IMG/VR virus record: IMGVR_UViG_3300042518_001688
Coordinates: 19,409 to 83,408 of that record
DNA length: 64,000 bases
Strand: one strand, 5' to 3'
Source: a virus
This document shows positions 47,489 to 57,626 of the stretch, piece after piece. Made by a program: the position numbers and the translations under genes. The first letter of the stretch is position 1. The number at the start of each line of letters is the position of its first letter. The notes under the pieces were generated by a model. That model was not told the DNA's origin. It ran no database searches and saw only the letters and a program-made list of their open reading frames with translations.

Positions 47489-48871
47489 ATGCCTAAACGT
47501 CGCTCTTATAAAGAGCAGGTTGAACATTTTAGCTCACCCTATTTTGGACTCTGCACATTTGCTGACGGCGATGAACAGGTGTCCGATGACAAGATAGTAA
47601 AATCTGCACTGGTTATGGTTGAGGGTCATCACCGTGACTCTAATAATCGAGATCATGTATTCAGTGCAGCCCGTGTTAAGCGGATTGCCGATAGAACAAA
47701 CGAATGGTTAATGAATGGTGGTCGTGTTCCTTGGCAACGTGACCACAAAAAAGATCAGTTAAATAACATCGGTGATTTGGAAGGAACTTTAGAAGTTCGC
47801 CGAATCACCGAAGCTGATTTACCTAATCCCAGGCTGACAGGTTTGGTAGGTAAAATTGGTGCATTCACAACTTCATTAGTGGCCAAGGGTAAAGATGTTG
47901 TTGCTGAAGTATTAGCTGGCAGAATCAAAACCCTTAGTCCTGGTATTGATATTGAGAACGACGTTATCAAAGAAATATCAGCTACTCCTACTCCTGCCAT
48001 AGTTGGATTGTCTACCTTCAAAAAAGCAGAAGCTAAGTTTGCATTAACTTTAGCTGATGCCAAGGCAGAAGAGGAGCAGGAAGGGCAACTTGAGGAAACA
48101 CTGAAAGAATTAGCGGAAATGATTGCTGAAACCGCTAGTTCAATCATGTCTGCTACAGAGGAAGATTTGCAAGGTGCGTCACCTGAAGATTTGCTTTATC
48201 AGTTGGTTCAAGATGCTGCTAACGAAATAGCTATCACACTGGGATTAGGTGATGCTAACTCACCACCTTACGCAGATCCTAGTCAACAATACAACCCATA
48301 CCAACCACCAGGAATGATGGGGCAAACTGGTATGCCTCCTGCTGCACCTGTGCCTGGATATTTACAAAAACAACAAGGTTTTAGTCGTGGTGATAAATAC
48401 GCCAGCTTTACCCTTGCAGGTATAGAACGGGCTGAATTTTTCAGTAATCCATTTAACCGTCGTCGTCAACCTACTCTTGGCGAAAGAATAGGTGGTGCTG
48501 TTGGTACTGCTGTTAAAGGTGCTGCTTTGATTGGTGGTGGTGCGGCTGCTATTAGGTATGGTGGTGCTGGATTAAAAGGTGCAATGAGAGGCGGACGCAC
48601 TGCACTTAAAATGGTTAACAAATCCGGTGCTACTGGCGTTCAAAAAGGCATGGCAGGAGCAACTGGAGCAGGTAAAGGCTTTCTTAGCAATGCCAGAGGG
48701 CAACTATCTTCTGACTTAAAACGAGTTGGAAGTGCGATCGCTGGTACTGGTTCACAGGGAGGAATAAAACAGAGGATTGGACAAGCTGTTTCTAGGGCTG
48801 GTAAGACTGTTGGTGGCTCAACTCAAAATCGCGTCAAGAAGCGGAGAAGTGGAATAATTGACATTGAATAG
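47489..48871 (+). CDS. Putative prohead protease/scaffold with basic Gly/Ala-rich C-terminal extension
   Basis: VPWQRDH...IG, KTLSPGI, EISATPTPAIVGL resemble Mu gpI-type protease motifs; first gene of head module. Confidence 0.65.
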   Translation: MPKRRSYKEQVEHFSSPYFGLCTFADGDEQVSDDKIVKSALVMVEGHHRDSNNRDHVFSAARVKRIADRTNEWLMNGGRVPWQRDHKKDQLNNIGDLEGTLEVRRITEADLPNPRLTGLVGKIGAFTTSLVAKGKDVVAEVLAGRIKTLSPGIDIENDVIKEISATPTPAIVGLSTFKKAEAKFALTLADAKAEEEQEGQLEETLKELAEMIAETASSIMSATEEDLQGASPEDLLYQLVQDAANEIAITLGLGDANSPPYADPSQQYNPYQPPGMMGQTGMPPAAPVPGYLQKQQGFSRGDKYASFTLAGIERAEFFSNPFNRRRQPTLGERIGGAVGTAVKGAALIGGGAAAIRYGGAGLKGAMRGGRTALKMVNKSGATGVQKGMAGATGAGKGFLSNARGQLSSDLKRVGSAIAGTGSQGGIKQRIGQAVSRAGKTVGGSTQNRVKKRRSGIIDIE

Positions 48872-49037
48872 GAAAAGGAGTTGTAGGTAAAACTACAATG
48901 ACTGCCGCTTCTGGTGCTAGGTCTGGAGCAAAAGGAGTTAGTCGCGCCTTCTAGTTCAATTAGAAAAAATATTGGTACTAGACTGGGTAATCGAATGATG
49001 TAAGGGAAAAACTGAGATAGTTTTAAGGTTAAAAAAA

Positions 49038-49481
49038 ATGGGCAAATTAAGCAATTACACATTAGCCGGAATTGAGGCGCAACTTTACCCAACTCGTGCT
49101 GCTGAATTTCGCCGGGGCAAGGACAAGAAAAAGAGAAAAACCAGATCACTTAGAGACAACATCATGGGTACGACCACTGCTGGCAGAATTGCTAGAGGTA
49201 TTGGTGCTGCTGGTGCATTGGCTTTAGCTGGTGGTGCAGCTAGATATGGCCGTGTAGCTATGCGGGGTATAAATAGGGGTGCTGGTGCATCTGGAGTAAA
49301 CAAAGGTTTCCGTGATTCTGCAATGGGTGGAGCTAAAGAGGTTCGCGATGCTGTTGCTCGTGACGTTCAAGCTATACGAAGTCGTGCCGGAAACGCTGCT
49401 CAAACTGTCCGCGATCGCGCCGGAAGTGCTGCAACAGGATTTAGAGATCGGATGAGCAATAGATTCAAGAAACAAAAATAA
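49038..49481 (+). CDS. AxF-KDKKKRK family basic Gly/Ala-rich protein
   Basis: AAEF-RRGKDKKKRK...GIGAAGALALAGGAA. Confidence 0.75.
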   Translation: MGKLSNYTLAGIEAQLYPTRAAEFRRGKDKKKRKTRSLRDNIMGTTTAGRIARGIGAAGALALAGGAARYGRVAMRGINRGAGASGVNKGFRDSAMGGAKEVRDAVARDVQAIRSRAGNAAQTVRDRAGSAATGFRDRMSNRFKKQK

Positions 49482-49486
49482 AACTT

Positions 49487-49882
49487 ATGCAATTATACCC
49501 CTCTCGATCCGGTATCCTAGCTGAGTTTGCCCGCAAGAAAGGCAGTAAAGACAAGAAAAAAAGGAAGCGATCGCTCACAGACAATCTTTTCGGTACGACC
49601 ACTGCCGGCAAATTAGTTAGAGGTGGGTTGCTGACGGGAGGGGCGTTAGTTGCGGGCAAGTTCCGCCCTAAAAAAGTACCTGTCGCTAAACCCCGAATGA
49701 TTGCTGGACGTGGAGAAACAAGCGCACCTTTACAGGTAAACGACTACATAGGAGTTAAGCCTAGAACCTATAAGGACGGTATTGTGGATGGACTGAGAGA
49801 TATGAAACCAAGCGTAACTCCTGCTTTGCCTCCAGGTAAAAAAAGAGGCAGAGGCAGACCCAAAAAGAATTTTAATGTTTAG
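49487..49882 (+). CDS. AxF-KDKKKRK family protein
   Basis: LAEF-ARKKGSKDKKKRK. Confidence 0.75.
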   Translation: MQLYPSRSGILAEFARKKGSKDKKKRKRSLTDNLFGTTTAGKLVRGGLLTGGALVAGKFRPKKVPVAKPRMIAGRGETSAPLQVNDYIGVKPRTYKDGIVDGLRDMKPSVTPALPPGKKRGRGRPKKNFNV

Positions 49883-50852
49883 TCGAGAGGAGAAAATAAT
49901 GCGACTAATTTCTTCTCGCAATAGAGATTTAGCTACATTTGCCCGTAAAAAAGGCAGCAGGGATAGAAAAAAACGTAAGAAGCGATCGCTCCGAGACAAC
50001 TTATTTGGTACAACCACCACTGGCAGAGTCGCTAGGGGTGCGGGTGCTTTATTGGCAACTGGAGCAACATTGAAGTATGGCAAGCCTAAAGTTTTGGCTA
50101 AAGCCGCATCTGTTAAGCGACAAGCCGAGAAAGTTGTTAACTCAACTCAACAGATAGGCAATGCTGCCCAAGATATAGGACAGGCTGCTCAAAAGATTGG
50201 CAATGTCGTCGAGAAAGTCGGAAACGTGGTTGACGACATTAGAAATATTCCAGTCAATGTTAAACAAAAATTCCAGTCAATGTTAGCACCAACTCGTAAA
50301 GCTATAAAACAACTTAGTCCATCTCCTGTTGTTCCAGATCCTCCCAATTCATCACCCGTATATAACGGATACGACAGCCTAGAAGATTATGTGAAAAACA
50401 GAAAACGCAGACGTTTTAATAACGGAAATCCTATTGCTAAGTTTGCTCGTAAAAAAGGTAGCAAAGATAAAAAGAAAAGAAAGCGATCGCTCACTGACAA
50501 CTTATTTGGTACGACAGCTACGGGTCGAGTAGTGCGTGTGGCTGGATTGGCTGCTGGATTAGGTGGACTTCGTTATGGAGGTGCTGCATTAGGAGAAATT
50601 GGAAAAGCCAGAGAGATGTTGAAAAAAGCTGGTAAATCTGCGCCTTTGGTTAAGGATGGGCAAAGAGCATATATGAAAGATGCCTTAAAATTAGACGCTC
50701 CTGCTGCTGCTAGAGAAAGATTTGCTATGGATGTGGCTAAATTAACCAGAAATAGAGGTAAATACGCTGTCGCTAAAATATCCAGGGATATACGTAGACT
50801 CGGTATGGATCTTAGAGCAAGAGATATTTCTATGAAGACAAGGAGAGAATGA
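49875..50852 (+). CDS. AxF-KDKKKRK family protein, two modules
   Basis: LATF-ARKKGSRDRKKRK and internal IAKF-ARKKGSKDKKKRK. Confidence 0.75.
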   Translation: MFSREEKIMRLISSRNRDLATFARKKGSRDRKKRKKRSLRDNLFGTTTTGRVARGAGALLATGATLKYGKPKVLAKAASVKRQAEKVVNSTQQIGNAAQDIGQAAQKIGNVVEKVGNVVDDIRNIPVNVKQKFQSMLAPTRKAIKQLSPSPVVPDPPNSSPVYNGYDSLEDYVKNRKRRRFNNGNPIAKFARKKGSKDKKKRKRSLTDNLFGTTATGRVVRVAGLAAGLGGLRYGGAALGEIGKAREMLKKAGKSAPLVKDGQRAYMKDALKLDAPAAARERFAMDVAKLTRNRGKYAVAKISRDIRRLGMDLRARDISMKTRRE

Positions 50853-51282
50853 TGAAATCACTAAATAGAATGATGGCTAAATTTGGCAGGGGTAAGGACA
50901 AGAAACCCCGTAAAAAAAAAGAAACCTAGCTGATGTGGTTGGTTGGGATACATACAACAAGAACCCCAGTAAGTTCACGCCGTTAGATTTGGGATTAAGT
51001 GTAGTCCCTATAGCTGCTCTTGGAGCAAGTGTTGGAACAGATAGAGCGCAAGCAAAACTGATTAAAATTCGCAAAGATTTAGATGCTACAGACATACCAG
51101 CTATTCGAGAGGCAATTAAGTCAGATCCAGATAGGGCTGTTAAAGTTGCAAGAAAAATTGCCGCACCAGGGAAGACCATTGGTAAGTACGCATTAGGTGG
51201 TGCAGCCATAGGGGCTGGTATATATGGGGGTGAATTATTGGCTAGACGTGCATGGAAGAGATTTAAAAACAGGAATAAGTGA
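50849..51282 (+). pseudogene. AxF-KDKKKRK family member split by frameshift at A9 run (50912-50920)
   Basis: MMKSLNRMMAKF-GRGKDKKPRKKK then continues in the -1 frame into ORF 50935-51282. Confidence 0.7.
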
Positions 51283-52598
51283 TGAAACTAGGTGGTCGTG
51301 GTCGAGACAAGAAACCAAGAAAACGCAAGCTGCTGGCAAACGCTGGCAGTGTTGCGCTTAACGCTGGTAACACTGGATTAGCTACTGCTGGGACATTAGG
51401 TGTAGCCGGATTAATAGCCAGTCCTCAAAATGCAGCACTCCAAGGTCGCCTAGCTAGAGCCGGATTATTAGCAGGTGCGGGGTATGGAGTTTATCAGGGA
51501 ATAAAGAAATTGAAGTCTAAGAAAAATATCAATTATTCTCAATCAATAAATAAAATGGGAAACATTGCCAAATTTAGAAATACAGAAGTCAATACTGTTG
51601 AACCTGCTGAATACCACAAACATTTATTTGACGCAGCTAGAGCGCAAATTGAAGAAGCGTTTAATGCAGGTGAATTAACTGAACAAGAAGCGATCGCATT
51701 AGAAATTAATGCCATTGGAGAACTGAGAGATCGGCTATCCGATGAAAACATTGATTACCTCTGTGAAGAATTGGGTTATAACCCCGAAGAAGTCGCTAAT
51801 TACTTGGATGCCCAAGAATACGAAGACGACGAAGAAGACGATGAAGAAGACGAAGAGGCTAATTACTCCAGAGGGACTAAATTAGCCGAGTTCCAATCTG
51901 GGAATGCCTTTGGGTACAATCTCCAAACTCTACTTTTAGAAGATGGATACGAGGATGTTACATCTGGTGCTGCTGCTTTAAGTAATGCGCTAGGTGTAAC
52001 AGGTGAAGAAGCTGCTGGTTTGTTGACTGGCGATTATGTTCCCACAAAAGAAACGATCGCACTCTTGGAAGAAATCTTTGAGTTAGATGAAGACCAAGCT
52101 GAAGCTTTAGCTAGTTCTGCTTACGAAGCATGGGAAGAGTCAGGACTCCTTGAGGAAGACGAAGAAGATGGTGATGAGGATAACGAAGCTAATTATCGCT
52201 TACACCAAGCAGAATCACAAATAGCTAAGTTTGAAACTCGTGAACTATTGCGTGATTCCTTAGCTGAATTGGAAATAGTTGCCCAACAAGGTTTACAAGA
52301 GTGGTGGCTACCTCCTGCTGCTTATCGGGCAATTATGGGCAATGATTCCACTGAACAACAACGAATTGCATCCTTTTCTGCTGCTTGTAAAGAAGACGGT
52401 GTGGAATTAGGCGATCGCCTTTATGCCATGCAGTTTGCGATCGCTTGTTTCAAAGAAGCTGGTCCATTATACGGCAACCAGATTATTGAAGAACAGCTAT
52501 CTAAGACCCCTGATGAAGCAAAGTTTGAGGCTTCTGTGGAAACTCAAGCACAACGTAATCACCGTCGTCGGATGCAAAACAATCCTTTACCCCAGTAG
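51279..52598 (+). CDS. Putative acidic capsid scaffold fused to N-terminal basic RGRDKKPRK module
   Basis: Glu/Asp-rich helical body, upstream of decoration and capsid genes; multiple A-x-F sites. Confidence 0.6.
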   Translation: MMKLGGRGRDKKPRKRKLLANAGSVALNAGNTGLATAGTLGVAGLIASPQNAALQGRLARAGLLAGAGYGVYQGIKKLKSKKNINYSQSINKMGNIAKFRNTEVNTVEPAEYHKHLFDAARAQIEEAFNAGELTEQEAIALEINAIGELRDRLSDENIDYLCEELGYNPEEVANYLDAQEYEDDEEDDEEDEEANYSRGTKLAEFQSGNAFGYNLQTLLLEDGYEDVTSGAAALSNALGVTGEEAAGLLTGDYVPTKETIALLEEIFELDEDQAEALASSAYEAWEESGLLEEDEEDGDEDNEANYRLHQAESQIAKFETRELLRDSLAELEIVAQQGLQEWWLPPAAYRAIMGNDSTEQQRIASFSAACKEDGVELGDRLYAMQFAIACFKEAGPLYGNQIIEEQLSKTPDEAKFEASVETQAQRNHRRRMQNNPLPQ

Positions 52599-52604
52599 GA
52601 ACTC

Positions 52605-53465
52605 ATGACTTGGAATAGACGTTCAAATATTGAATTAGGGAAGGCGGTTGTCGCTGCTGTAGAAGGCATTGAGACAATCAGTGTCCTTCTTGTCAGAGAC
52701 AGATTAGGTTCTGACGACGATAACAAAAAATCCTTCCCCGCAGGTGCGGTTATCTGCCGAATTGGTACTGCTTATCACATCCACCCTGGCAGTAAAGTAA
52801 CTGCTGCTTTCTCCACTGGTGCTGCAACTGGAACTGTAGAATTACCCCGTGTGTTTAAAGCAGGTGACGTTCTAACCGTTCCTGATGGACACCACGTTAT
52901 TACTATCACTGGTACTTGGACTACAGGTGGTGATGTTCGTGTTACCCTTCCCAATGGATTCGTTAAGGTGATCGCAACTGGTGCGGGTGGTTCTACCTCC
53001 ATGACTACCACTCAGGTTGCAGCTAAGGTTGCGCTTGAATTAAATAATGACCCCGTTGCCTCTGATTTGTTGTTTGCCACCAACATAGCGAACGTGGTTT
53101 ATGCGTTCAATAAGCGGGAAATGAACTCAGCTTCATTTGCTGTTGCGTCCACATCCAACGCATCTGATTTAGCACTTGTTACCAGACCTCCGGGTACTGT
53201 TGTTGGCACTATCCTGTCCTACACCAACGCTGGGGTAATTACTTTAACTGGTAACGCCGCGATCGCTGTTCCTATTGGTGCAAATGTCGCTGTAGCTGTT
53301 AATGAAATTGTGGGCATTTATCCTCAACCTATTGATTTAACATACCAACCCAATCAAGCGATCGCTCCTATTATCACTGGTCGAATTTACGAAAACGCAT
53401 TACCTTATTTTGATGATGCGGTGCGTCGGGCATTACCAAAAATCAAGTTTACTGAAAAGTTCTAA
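52605..53465 (+). CDS. Putative head decoration protein
   Basis: FPAGAVI N-terminus, GRIYENALP C-terminus, between scaffold and major capsid. Confidence 0.6.
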   Translation: MTWNRRSNIELGKAVVAAVEGIETISVLLVRDRLGSDDDNKKSFPAGAVICRIGTAYHIHPGSKVTAAFSTGAATGTVELPRVFKAGDVLTVPDGHHVITITGTWTTGGDVRVTLPNGFVKVIATGAGGSTSMTTTQVAAKVALELNNDPVASDLLFATNIANVVYAFNKREMNSASFAVASTSNASDLALVTRPPGTVVGTILSYTNAGVITLTGNAAIAVPIGANVAVAVNEIVGIYPQPIDLTYQPNQAIAPIITGRIYENALPYFDDAVRRALPKIKFTEKF

Positions 53466-53486
53466 TTGTTGTTTTTGGTATTTGTG

Positions 53487-53526
53487 GCCATGTTCGATTC
53501 GATTTTCGAGCATGGCTATTTTTTTA
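53487..53526 (+). terminator. Intrinsic terminator
   Basis: GCCATGTTCGA...TCGAGCATGGC hairpin + T tract. Confidence 0.6.
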
Positions 53527-53542
53527 GGAATGGTGAATTATT

Positions 53543-54094
53543 ATGTCAAAACTAGCCAGATTCGCAAGACCTAAAGGTGCGAAGGATAAGAAAAAACGTA
53601 AGTCTAATCTATTACGTAATATTGCTATTGGTGCAGGTGGCACTGCGTTGCTTAGCAGTGCGGCTTATCTCGGTAGAGGTAAAATTGCTGGATTGATGAG
53701 CAAAGGGAAACCGAAGCCAGGTGTAACTAAAGTTCCTTACTCGCAGTTATCGAAAGAAGAATTGTTGTCAATGGGTGGCAAAGGTCGCATAAACGCAAGA
53801 AAAGCTGTTGTGTCAAGAACGAGTCAGAAGGACGATTTAAAGTATGGAGTGACACCAAATAGTGTTGATGATTTTGAAAACATTAATGCTATTAATAACG
53901 CTATCAATACCAATCGCCCTGGTTTTACTAAAGAGATGCTGAGGAAAATGAAAAAAGAAAAAGCGGTAAGAATAAAGGCTTACGCTGATCGGCTTAGAAA
54001 AGAAGGTGCTTATTATTCTTCATCTTCGCAGACTACCAATTTCCATGAATCAACAATGATGTCTCTAGCTAGTTTTAACCGCAAATGGAAATAA
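53543..54094 (+). CDS. AxF-KDKKKRK family protein
   Basis: LARF-ARPKGAKDKKKRK. Confidence 0.75.
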   Translation: MSKLARFARPKGAKDKKKRKSNLLRNIAIGAGGTALLSSAAYLGRGKIAGLMSKGKPKPGVTKVPYSQLSKEELLSMGGKGRINARKAVVSRTSQKDDLKYGVTPNSVDDFENINAINNAINTNRPGFTKEMLRKMKKEKAVRIKAYADRLRKEGAYYSSSSQTTNFHESTMMSLASFNRKWK

Positions 54095-54114
54095 TTATTT
54101 AAAAGGTAAATTTT

Positions 54115-54564
54115 ATGCTAACTTTGGCTTCTTTCCGTAGAGGAAAAGACAGGAAGAAAAGAAAATCTCGTAAACGTAAATATTTAGAATCTGCTGCTCA
54201 AGGTGCAGGTATTGGTGTTGTCGCAGTACCTACCGCAGTTGGCATCAGGGAAACGTTTAGGGCTGAAAATGTAGGTAAACCACTAGGTCAAAGCGTCGCA
54301 CGAAACGTATATGCTGGTGTGGCTCGTGGTGCTGCGCGGGGTACAGTTCGCGGTATTTATAGAGGTGCTTTAGCTGGGATGATTGGTGACAGCCTAGAAA
54401 AAGGAGTATCAACACTTTCATCTAAAGGTATTCTGGGTAAGGTACTATTAGGTAGTGCTGCTGCTGGTGCTGCTGGTGGCGTAATAGCCAGAAGGATGAG
54501 AGAAAAAGACCGCGAACGTAAATCTATCCCCGGTAAACTTAAAAGATTCCTGGGAGGTAGGTAA
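54115..54564 (+). CDS. AxF-KDKKKRK family protein
   Basis: LASF-RRGKDRKKRK. Confidence 0.75.
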   Translation: MLTLASFRRGKDRKKRKSRKRKYLESAAQGAGIGVVAVPTAVGIRETFRAENVGKPLGQSVARNVYAGVARGAARGTVRGIYRGALAGMIGDSLEKGVSTLSSKGILGKVLLGSAAAGAAGGVIARRMREKDRERKSIPGKLKRFLGGR

Positions 54565-55304
54565 TGCTTGACAATATTAATCCTTTCTACCGCAAGAGAA
54601 AAGGCAAGTTGCAACTCGTTAGAGGTTTTCTCCGCAAGAAGAGAAAGTCTTTGTCAGCGATTAAAAAGAGAGTAATTCAATCTATCCCTGATAAAAAAGA
54701 TTTATCTAATATTAAGAAAAAAGTAATTAAAGTTCTCCCCAAGAAAAAGAAGAAAGATCCTAACTTATTGGGAGAAGGTAAAAACGGTAGAGTTATTGCC
54801 AAGGGTCCATTTACAATCCGCAAGGAATATAAAAAACGTCGGTTCTTAGATCCTGCAAGGAAATTGTTGGATGGACAAACTGCATGGGATAGGGAATACG
54901 GCATACAAAAAGTATTAGCCGATAGGGGTCTAGCTCCCAAAGTGAAACGTAAAGGTGAAAGATTTATTGAAATGGAACGAGTTTATGGTGAAACCATTGA
55001 CTCGAAAATGAAAAACGGTGAAGCGAGCGATCGCACTCAAAGAAAGTACGGCAAGAAATTAGCTAGGGAAGTGAAGCGGATGCACGATGCTGGTGTTTCC
55101 CATAATGATTTACATGGCGAGAATGTTATGGTTGGTCCATTCGGTGGCATGAAAGTAATTGATTATGGCTGGGCAAATGATAAAGGCAGACCCCTGAAGA
55201 TGAGGGAACGCAGGAAAGACTATGATAAGGTTCTCTCTAGGCATAAGGGTAAAAAGTACAAGGCGTTTAGGGATAGCTTTGAAAAGTCTTATTATGATTA
55301 TTAA
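54564..55304 (+). CDS. Protein kinase-like (RIO/Bud32/Kdo type) with very basic N-terminus
   Basis: LGEGKNGRV P-loop, HNDLHGENV catalytic loop, IDYG. Confidence 0.85.
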   Translation: MLDNINPFYRKRKGKLQLVRGFLRKKRKSLSAIKKRVIQSIPDKKDLSNIKKKVIKVLPKKKKKDPNLLGEGKNGRVIAKGPFTIRKEYKKRRFLDPARKLLDGQTAWDREYGIQKVLADRGLAPKVKRKGERFIEMERVYGETIDSKMKNGEASDRTQRKYGKKLAREVKRMHDAGVSHNDLHGENVMVGPFGGMKVIDYGWANDKGRPLKMRERRKDYDKVLSRHKGKKYKAFRDSFEKSYYDY

Positions 55305-55492
55305 GACAACAGTCATGCTCGATTTGAACATGACTGATATTTTTAAACTTGTGGGTGAGAAACTTGCCAACGAAACCACCTGGAATATTGCAAGTGTTCC
55401 TGCGTGGGTTGGCAATACAAATATTATCCATAGCCATAATCGAATCGAACACAGGGAATAACAGCAACGAACATTAACTGTGTATAGAAAAA

Positions 55493-56638
55493 ATGGCTTA
55501 TATTGCATCCTGGCTGAATGAACATCAGCAAACAAAGGAAGCTGATTTAGTTATAGATGAAACTCTAACTTGGCTTAAACAACGGTCTGGTTTGTTGGAT
55601 AAGTATGTCCCGTTAAAGACATATTCAAGCCGCAATTTCTTGATGTATGTTGTCAACAAAATCCGTACCGTTGCTTCTATTATTTCTTATGGAGCAGAGC
55701 CTCCGGTAGTTCGTTTGGGCAACTTCAACACCATTGACGCAAAAATGTTCAAGGTGGGTTTAAGTGTCTATTACGATGAAGATCAACAGTGGCAAATGAA
55801 GGAAGCAATGGAATTAGCGAGACTAAAAAATGTCTCTGTTCAAGACCAGGTTCTTCCTGATGGTTCAATTTTAAAAGGGTCAAACGAAGACCTTGCTAAT
55901 TTAATTCTTGGCAGCAATGGGACAATCGCAGACATTACTAGGTCTATTGGTGAATTATTAAATTATTTAACTTGGCAAGCACTTCAGAACGGTTCTGTGA
56001 ACTATACAGATCCTCGTACTAATGCCACTCCATTGGTACTGGATTACAAAAATCCTTCTGGCGGTTATAACCATTTCCCTGCGGCTTTAACTGGTAATGA
56101 TAGCTGGGATCGTCCCAACACAGCGAATGCTCTGGCTGTGCTTGAGGAAGATGTTGAAACTTTCACTACCACCAATGGTTTCAAGCCTGATTTAATTGTC
56201 ATGCCGTTAAAAGTGCGTCGGGCGATGCTGAACCAGGAATCTACTCGTCAAGCGGTTGCCAGCATGAGCAACAACTCTGCGATGTTGGTCGCCAATGCTG
56301 TTGGTTCTGTTGGTCCAGAAATGTTAATGGGTGTACTGGAACGCCGGGAACTTCCCCCAATCATCACATTTGATGAACAGTTTGAAATGGAAGACTCTAA
56401 CAAGAACCAGAACAAAATGCGGTTCTTAAACAACAACCGTTATGTATTCTTGACCAAGAATATGGGCGAACGGGCAATGGGTCCCACTTTGGAAGGTGAT
56501 GGAAGAGAAGGTGCTTATGTTGTTACCCGTGAAGTTCAGAAATTCCCCCCTGTAGATGCTACCCAAGGTGTGGCCACTGCGTTACCTGCCTTTGGTAATC
56601 CCAAATTGTTCTTCTCCCGTCAAGTAATCACTGAATAG
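55493..56638 (+). CDS. Major capsid protein (lambda gpE-like family)
   Basis: 381 aa; WQALQNGSVNY, LDY, G.KPDLIVM pattern; position after scaffold/decoration. Confidence 0.8.
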   Translation: MAYIASWLNEHQQTKEADLVIDETLTWLKQRSGLLDKYVPLKTYSSRNFLMYVVNKIRTVASIISYGAEPPVVRLGNFNTIDAKMFKVGLSVYYDEDQQWQMKEAMELARLKNVSVQDQVLPDGSILKGSNEDLANLILGSNGTIADITRSIGELLNYLTWQALQNGSVNYTDPRTNATPLVLDYKNPSGGYNHFPAALTGNDSWDRPNTANALAVLEEDVETFTTTNGFKPDLIVMPLKVRRAMLNQESTRQAVASMSNNSAMLVANAVGSVGPEMLMGVLERRELPPIITFDEQFEMEDSNKNQNKMRFLNNNRYVFLTKNMGERAMGPTLEGDGREGAYVVTREVQKFPPVDATQGVATALPAFGNPKLFFSRQVITE

Positions 56639-56640
56639 CC

Positions 56641-56955
56641 ATGATTGATCCAACAAAGCCTGTCCACTTAAAAACTATGATTCGGGATATCAAAACAGGA
56701 AATGTTTATATTCCCTTGAACCGTGCCTATCAACCTGGCGAAATTCCTTTTCGGTTGTTGACTGATGCTAACGCATACCAAGATGAAAGCACCGCAGAAG
56801 TTGTTGTGCCTACTCAGTCCACTGTCACCCAGATAGCACCCCCGCTAGAACTATCTTCTAGTCAAATCCCAAGCACCAAACTAGAACCTGCACAACCTAG
56901 AACAACCAGAATAGCCAAGGTACAGCCTGAAGCAAGTGAACTTAAAACGGAGTAA
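56641..56955 (+). CDS. Small head-associated hypothetical protein
   Basis: Directly after capsid gene. Confidence 0.55.
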   Translation: MIDPTKPVHLKTMIRDIKTGNVYIPLNRAYQPGEIPFRLLTDANAYQDESTAEVVVPTQSTVTQIAPPLELSSSQIPSTKLEPAQPRTTRIAKVQPEASELKTE

Positions 56956-56958
56956 TCT

Positions 56959-57624
56959 ATGCCCCGCTATTCAAAGCTGGCTAATTTTGCCAGAACTAGA
57001 GGGGCGAAAGACAAACGCCCCCGTAAAAAACGTAGTGATTTATTGGATAGAGAGTACAAGGGTGCGCGGACTATAGAGATGCGTACCCGTTCTATAGCTA
57101 ATTTAGGCAGAACATTAAACTCTATAGGTAGTTCAGTCAGAGAAGCTCGATTAACTGCTAAATGGCTGGGTATCAACCCATCTAGAAAACGCAGTGATCC
57201 GATGTCAATTATTAGAAATGCCCGTTCTGTGTCAGATACGGGGAATAGTATACTTCGATTAGGTAGAGGGTTGTTTGGTATGCGATCGCTCAGTTCAATG
57301 ATGGCTGAGTTCCGCAGGGGTAAGGATAAGAAAAAGAGGAAAATTAGGAAATCCACAATTTTACAAAATGCACTTTATGGTGCAGCTTTAACAGGTGCGC
57401 CTGGTGCGATTAGTGGAGCAACAGAAGAAATGCTTTCAACTAGAGTCCCTATTGGCAAGCTTCGCAATGGACAAACCATTGATGTCTTTAGCACCAAACC
57501 ATCTGTGATCCTGAAGGGTGCGCTAAAAGGTGCTATTAGAACCGCACCAATAGGAGCAGCACTAGGGGCTGGCAGTTTAATTGCGGCTCGTGGATTACGG
57601 AAATTAATGGAAAGGGAGATATAA
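56959..57624 (+). CDS. AxF-KDKKKRK family protein, two modules
   Basis: LANF-ARTRGAKDKRPRKK and internal MRSLSSMMAEF-RRGKDKKKRK. Confidence 0.75.
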   Translation: MPRYSKLANFARTRGAKDKRPRKKRSDLLDREYKGARTIEMRTRSIANLGRTLNSIGSSVREARLTAKWLGINPSRKRSDPMSIIRNARSVSDTGNSILRLGRGLFGMRSLSSMMAEFRRGKDKKKRKIRKSTILQNALYGAALTGAPGAISGATEEMLSTRVPIGKLRNGQTIDVFSTKPSVILKGALKGAIRTAPIGAALGAGSLIAARGLRKLMEREI

Positions 57625-57626
57625 TT

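Noticed and set aside
48898-48954. Short Gly/Ala-rich ORF between protease and first AxF gene
   Set aside because: Only 18 codons and lacks the family tag; probably a decayed remnant
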